Below, one piece after another: positions 59,035 to 64,000 of a stretch of 64,000 bases of DNA (position 1 is the first letter of the stretch; every line of letters starts with the position of its first letter). Source of the stretch: Candidatus Terraquivivens tengchongensis. GTDB lineage: Archaea > Thermoproteota > Nitrososphaeria_A > Caldarchaeales > Wolframiiraptoraceae. The stretch is from assembly GCA_023261845.1 (NCBI GenBank), contig JALNJZ010000001.1:188197-252196 (forward strand), in the 5' to 3' direction. Both the position numbers and the translations under genes were made by a program. The notes below the pieces were generated by a model. It did not search any database. It worked only from the letters and a program-made list of their open reading frames with translations, and was not told where the DNA came from.

Positions 59035-60033
59035 TCACTTTATGAAGAAAAACTCTGTGATGAGTGCAAGAGCTGCGGAAATTGTCGAAATTATAACAAG
59101 CATTTTTACTGCTTCATTTTCCGATAAGCTACATCTAGATGTAAGCATTCTTACAAGTGTTAGGGGAGCTTTTTTTGATGGGTTTGCGGATAGCATACCA
59201 TTTTCTACAAAAACAGGTCTTTCCAATAAATTCTTTGCAGACCTAAAACCCCTCATGGAGCATATTATATGAAACTCGTTTGTGATTTGGGGGAGTATAG
59301 CTATAAGCAATGCTATCTCAACACTACCTATTATTGCTATGGATATTAGGCAGGCACCGACATATAAGCTACCTACGTTTCCAGGAAAAAATTTCGCAGG
59401 ATACTTGTTATAATAAGCGAAGACCGCTAAAGAGCCAAGAAGTGAAATACATAAATAGGCTGGAAGAACGTTATATTTCATCAGATTTATCAGAAAAATT
59501 GTGGACGTAGCTATGATTGACGTGAACGTCATAGAACCATTGAGTACGTCCATGCTGTTAATGGCATTTGTCACTATCGTGAAGGCTATGGGCACGAGTA
59601 TCGGGTAAAGTATCGTCAACATTCTTTTACCGACAAAAGGTAGGTTCGGATATGGATAGTAAGCGCCCATGAAAACTATCGGAAGTCCGGCCAATGCCAA
59701 CAACACTGGCTTTAAAATCGGGTTCAGCTCTCTAAAGTCTTCCCATAAACCCACAATCGCTGCTAGCCCAGTCGAAATGATAAACGCTAAAACTCTGTTA
59801 TCCACCATGTTAAACAAAAAAGACGTGATCATAACAGATGTTGTAACACCAATAAAAACAGATAAACCGCCTATCTTCGGAACTAATGGTCTCCAGCTTT
59901 TGTGAACATCAATACCAAATAGATTAACCTTCCTGGCCAAACTCTTTACAAGAGGCATTAATACATAAGACAGGATAGCAGACAAAATAAAAGAAGTAAG
60001 CAGTAATAATATGGTAGACATGTTATCGTTCAT
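59035..60033 (-). CDS. aglH: UDP-GlcNAc:polyprenyl-phosphate GlcNAc-1-P transferase (MraY/GPT family, AglH-like)
   Basis: G.DVHK...VP..GG, GLWED, NAINSMDVLNG, YNKYPAKFFPGNVGS. About 10 TM helices. Confidence 0.82.
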   Translation of the reverse strand: MNDNMSTILLLLTSFILSAILSYVLMPLVKSLARKVNLFGIDVHKSWRPLVPKIGGLSVFIGVTTSVMITSFLFNMVDNRVLAFIISTGLAAIVGLWEDFRELNPILKPVLLALAGLPIVFMGAYYPYPNLPFVGKRMLTILYPILVPIAFTIVTNAINSMDVLNGSMTFTSIIATSTIFLINLMKYNVLPAYLCISLLGSLAVFAYYNKYPAKFFPGNVGSLYVGACLISIAIIGSVEIALLIAILPQITNEFHIICSMRGFRSAKNLLERPVFVENGMLSANPSKKAPLTLVRMLTSRCSLSENEAVKMLVIISTISAALALITEFFFIK

Positions 60034-60125
60034 TCGTCCCTAACCTATTAATTTTTCTTCATTCTTAGGTAAGCGTTATTACCCACGTTTCTCATATTTG
60101 TGAACAGTTAGGAGATGAAAAATTC

Positions 60126-61184
60126 TTGAAGGTATGGTTTGATATATTAACACCTAAGCAATTTTGGTTTTTTACATCAATCGAAAAGGAATTGAGAGAA
60201 CATGGTGTGGAAGTGTTACTTACATCCAGAAGATACGAACAGCTTACACCAATACTGGAAGATGTTGGTCGTAAGGACATTATTGTCGTTGGAGAATTTG
60301 GTGGTGGATCCCTTCTTGGAAAGCTTAAGGCGAGCGTTAGGAGGACGGTTGAACTTGTTAATCTCATCGAAAACTATTCGCCTGATGCTTGTATGTCAAG
60401 CGGTTCGCTTGACATGACGAGGATCTCCTTCGGTTTAGGTATTCCGCATATCCTTCTGTCAGACACACCAGAATCTCCGGTTAACAGATACTGTGTTCCA
60501 CTTTCAGACTATGTTTTCACACCATGGATAATTCCAAAGGACAAGTGGATAAAGCATGGGATAAGTAGCCATAAGGTATTAAAGTATAAAGCGTTAGACC
60601 CTGTAGCCTGGTTGGATGGTTTCAGACCAAGTAAACGAATACTAGATGGACTTGGTCTTGAAGAGTTTAATTATATTCTCCTGAGAATGCCTGAGATACA
60701 GGCATCTTACCTTATAGGAGTTGATGCAGAATATGTAACCAGGCTTGCGGAGAAATTAACATCAGAGCTTAGTAGTACTAAGCTAGTGGTATTGCCAAGG
60801 TACGGTGAGCAGACAGCGGAGCTAAAAAGTTTGAGCAAAAATGCCATTGTACTTGACAGACCAATATCGGACCACAGTATATTACACTACGCATTGCTTT
60901 TCATAGGCGGTGGTGGAACAATGACACAAGAGGCTGTCTTGATGGGCGTACCTACGATATCAGTTTATCCGGGAAAGCTTCCAGTTGTCCACCGTTATCT
61001 TATAAACATTGGTGCTCTAAAGCATTTTAAGAGCTGGCAAGGTGCGTTGAGGGAAACCTTAAGGATGCTAAAACATGCTGATGAGGCTAGGAGTGCACAA
61101 ACAAAACTTGCTGATAGATTGAGGCGAAAGATGGTCAACCCTGCAAAAGTCATAGTTGATTGGTTAAAAATGCAATTATCTTAG
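60126..61184 (+). CDS. DUF354 family GT-B-fold protein
   Basis: KVWFDILTPKQ..FF, VG..GG...KL..S, IGGGGTM..EA...GVPTIS. Confidence 0.85.
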   Translation: MKVWFDILTPKQFWFFTSIEKELREHGVEVLLTSRRYEQLTPILEDVGRKDIIVVGEFGGGSLLGKLKASVRRTVELVNLIENYSPDACMSSGSLDMTRISFGLGIPHILLSDTPESPVNRYCVPLSDYVFTPWIIPKDKWIKHGISSHKVLKYKALDPVAWLDGFRPSKRILDGLGLEEFNYILLRMPEIQASYLIGVDAEYVTRLAEKLTSELSSTKLVVLPRYGEQTAELKSLSKNAIVLDRPISDHSILHYALLFIGGGGTMTQEAVLMGVPTISVYPGKLPVVHRYLINIGALKHFKSWQGALRETLRMLKHADEARSAQTKLADRLRRKMVNPAKVIVDWLKMQLS

Positions 61185-62810
61185 GGATGCTTCTATATCC
61201 CTTATTATCTCTATTATTCTGGATGTGAGTGATGAAACATCCTTTGTATATTCTCTTATTATCCTTTCATATGCTGCTTTTCCTATTCTCCCCAGCCTGA
61301 AGTCTTCTATTGTCCTGCTTAATGCTGTCATGGTGCCCAATAGTTCCGTAATCTGTACTTCAAGGGGACTGAGTTTCGCCATAATATCTGGAAAACCTCC
61401 AAGCTTCTTCTTTATTGCGCTAACTTTATCCGCATCCCTTTTTATGCTTGCAAGTTCGCTTTCATAAGCGCTTCTTGACCACTTACTTAATGACTTTTTA
61501 TCTAAAGGAATCGAAGAGGCTAGCTTCTCACAATCCCTTACCATACCGAGTACGCCAGAGGTCAACGTTTTGAGAGCTTCTTTAAGTTCTTCTGGGGGCG
61601 CTGGTGCTTTGGGTTTACGGGAAAGTTTGTACGTTATGGTCGACATTAAAAGTACACCGAACGTTGCTACCCATAAGTACGGAAGGTATGGTATGAGGCT
61701 CATACCTGTAACGTAATCAATAATTATGGTAGATTTTGGTTGGATGGTCGCCACGTTTCTGCTAATGTAGGTGAGCATTGTAGTGCCGCTCTGGTCCCTA
61801 ATGAGCTCTTCGGGTTCTGGCGAAGATACCTTAAGTTCGTAACCAGGCGGTAAAACAACTTTTAAGACGTATTCTCCATATACCACATCCAATAACGACG
61901 GATAGCTCAAAACGCGAGTATCTTCTGGTTCCTGAACACTAGGCCCGAGGTACTCGACCGTGAACGATACTTTCTCTCCACTCTTGACTTCCCATCTTGT
62001 TTTAACTATTAACGTGCTATTTTCCCGTATATAGTTATATGATAATGTACCAAGACTATCCTTAACATTGAGTAAGGCTGCATCTTTTGGTAACAGTAAT
62101 TTGATCTCGTTTATAGACGATTTGCCATGGTTAACTATCTTGAGGTAGAAGGATACATATCTTTGGTTTCCAAGAGAAACTGTGACACCAGCTCTTTCAA
62201 CAGATAATATTGAGAATTTATCGTTCTTAAACTTCACAGAAACACCCGTAGGTGAAAGTAAGTCCACATCTTTGGCTTCCATGAAGATACCATCTTTTGT
62301 AGTAGTGTAGTTAAAGCCCGGTCTTTCAGGAAGCTCTACTATACTCCCAATCGGAAAGCGTGTTACCATATAGAAGGATTTCACAGTTTTCCTGAGTACG
62401 GGCAACATTGGCACATTTACCACGAAAGTTTTGGAATCCTCTTCGGTTACTAAGTTCTTGAAAACAGTTACTAAACTTGCCCTGATCGCTTGCTCACCGA
62501 CGTTCTTCATCTCTATAAAGAATAGAGATTGTAATTGTTCTTCCTCCACGTATCTTGTCTCGATTGTAGCTTGTTCAGTATAAAAAGCTACGAGTTTATC
62601 CTTTAAAGCCATATCAAACCCGACTCTTATCGTTTTACCTGGCTCGATGTACATGCTGTCCGAGACGTAAACCAATCCACCATCCTTCACATTGACGGTC
62701 CTGACAACTTCGTAGACTTCTTCTTCAGAAGATACAACAGTAAATTGTGCTAACACCGTGCAGGCGAGTACGATCAGTATCGTAATAACCGCTAGCTTCT
62801 TCAAAGCCAA
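61176..62810 (-). CDS. Type I membrane protein with ribophorin I/Ost1-like motifs
   Basis: Signal peptide, beta-rich exported region with LP..A.....D..G, R....G.K..F...Y..PS and V.LP.G motifs, one TM, about 150 aa helical cytoplasmic tail. Confidence 0.6.
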   Translation of the reverse strand: MALKKLAVITILIVLACTVLAQFTVVSSEEEVYEVVRTVNVKDGGLVYVSDSMYIEPGKTIRVGFDMALKDKLVAFYTEQATIETRYVEEEQLQSLFFIEMKNVGEQAIRASLVTVFKNLVTEEDSKTFVVNVPMLPVLRKTVKSFYMVTRFPIGSIVELPERPGFNYTTTKDGIFMEAKDVDLLSPTGVSVKFKNDKFSILSVERAGVTVSLGNQRYVSFYLKIVNHGKSSINEIKLLLPKDAALLNVKDSLGTLSYNYIRENSTLIVKTRWEVKSGEKVSFTVEYLGPSVQEPEDTRVLSYPSLLDVVYGEYVLKVVLPPGYELKVSSPEPEELIRDQSGTTMLTYISRNVATIQPKSTIIIDYVTGMSLIPYLPYLWVATFGVLLMSTITYKLSRKPKAPAPPEELKEALKTLTSGVLGMVRDCEKLASSIPLDKKSLSKWSRSAYESELASIKRDADKVSAIKKKLGGFPDIMAKLSPLEVQITELLGTMTALSRTIEDFRLGRIGKAAYERIIREYTKDVSSLTSRIIEIIRDIEASLR

Positions 62811-63021
62811 CCCTACCGTGGCTAAGTTTAACCTCTAACGAGGGTTATTATACTCTTCTCTTTTAAAACCTTTATATTTGAAAATCTTCATAAATTCCAA
62901 AAATGCGTTGTGTTTTAATATCGCCTTTTCTCTTAATAAGAGATTGACTCAAAACTTAATCTATTAGACTAGTCATTCACAAAGGTTAATAATCATGCAC
63001 AAGTAACATAACGAGAATTGT

Positions 63022-63981
63022 ATGGAAAAAAAGAAGATCGCTGTCATGATGCTTACGCTCAATAGTGAGAAATACTTTAGGGTAGGCGTACTGGATGCCG
63101 TTGAGAAGGTTCTGAAAGATTACGAGTATGAGTTAATAGTGGTTGATGGTGGTTCATCTGATGGTACAGTGAAGGTGTTGCGTGAAAAGTTTGGGGAGAA
63201 ATTGAAGCTTGTTCACTCTCCTATAAAGAATTTGGCTCTATGTAGGAATTTAGCTCTTAGTAAAGCTTCAAAGGATTCTAACTACTATTGCTTTGTGGAT
63301 TCGGACATAATTTTGCCAGATGACTTTTTCAAGAGATTGCTTCCGCTCTTGGAAGATCCTAAAGTTGGAACCGCAGAATTAAGAGCTGTCCTAGGACATC
63401 CAAAGAAAAGTTTCGTTTCACAGTACTATCTAATGGTAAAAACTGCTCAAAGTACCGGTGTACGAGAGGCCATAGGTGGAGCGACAACCTGTATAGTGAT
63501 TAAGCCAGAAGTTGCCGCGAAAATTCGGCTTGATGAGAGGTTTAAGAGGGCTGGTGAGGATGTTGACCTCCACCTGCAAGTCAACGAGTTAGGATACAAA
63601 ACTGTCGTGGATATGAATGAGCCTCATGCCATGCATGTTAGGGAGCCATCGTTACTGGAAGAGCTTAAGAGGATGTTTTATAGAGGTTATGCTAGGGCCT
63701 TAAACCTAAAGCTCCATAGAAGCATTCTTAACGAGTGCGTTGAAAGAGCGGTCTTAGTTGCCATCGCGACACTTTTATGTTGGGCTTTGGCATTCGTCGG
63801 AATAATATCTTCAGTTTACATAATGCTGTTACCGTTTGTCCTACTAATAATTAGGCACATGCTAAAATTAACGAAGCCCTACAGGCTTGATCTCGCATTC
63901 GTTGGTCTGTTAATATCGTCTGCATACCTTTTAGGCCTTTTAGGCGGTGTTCTAAAGTTTTGGGTCTTCGAACGTAGATAA
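63022..63981 (+). CDS. Family 2 glycosyltransferase with C-terminal TM helices
   Basis: ELIVVDGGSSDGT, RN, FVDSD, GEDVD, C-terminal hydrophobic segments. Confidence 0.92.
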   Translation: MEKKKIAVMMLTLNSEKYFRVGVLDAVEKVLKDYEYELIVVDGGSSDGTVKVLREKFGEKLKLVHSPIKNLALCRNLALSKASKDSNYYCFVDSDIILPDDFFKRLLPLLEDPKVGTAELRAVLGHPKKSFVSQYYLMVKTAQSTGVREAIGGATTCIVIKPEVAAKIRLDERFKRAGEDVDLHLQVNELGYKTVVDMNEPHAMHVREPSLLEELKRMFYRGYARALNLKLHRSILNECVERAVLVAIATLLCWALAFVGIISSVYIMLLPFVLLIIRHMLKLTKPYRLDLAFVGLLISSAYLLGLLGGVLKFWVFERR

Positions 63982-64000
63982 CAATTCTCCGATTTCGTTT

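Overview
Gene-dense window from an archaeal chromosome. Gene content (Rpo12, rpS17e, Cgi121, class I CCA-adding enzyme, ESCRT-III plus Vps4, Zn-ferredoxin, DnaK/DnaJ/GrpE, BHB-type tRNA introns at non-canonical positions) points to a TACK-group archaeon, possibly Aigarchaeota-like (inference). Most of it is housekeeping: a respiratory block (FAD/Fe-S oxidoreductase, Rieske-cytochrome b, SdhACDB), tRNA modification and processing genes, GlmS, NadE, SerRS, GlyA, chaperones and a glycosylation cluster. RNA genes read directly from the sequence are tRNA-Ile(GAT) with a 30/31 intron, tRNA-Pro(TGG), tRNA-Pro(GGG) with a 23/24 intron, SRP RNA and a C/D-box guide sRNA. Main leads: (1) an AT-rich module after tRNA-Pro(TGG) joining an atypical class I isoprenoid synthase, a degenerate KaiC-like/V4R sensor and a HAD phosphatase, a candidate isoprenoid make-and-sense system; (2) a ribophorin-I/Ost1-like membrane protein near aglH, in a cluster that also has a catalytically dead nucleotide-sugar dehydrogenase; (3) a perfect 25-nt direct repeat with a 40-nt spacer and a uORF ahead of an anion permease; (4) a grpE-dnaK-dnaJ locus interrupted by a LigD phosphoesterase, a DUF364 protein and a membrane-tethered wHTH. 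All family assignments come from motif recognition by eye; no database search was run.
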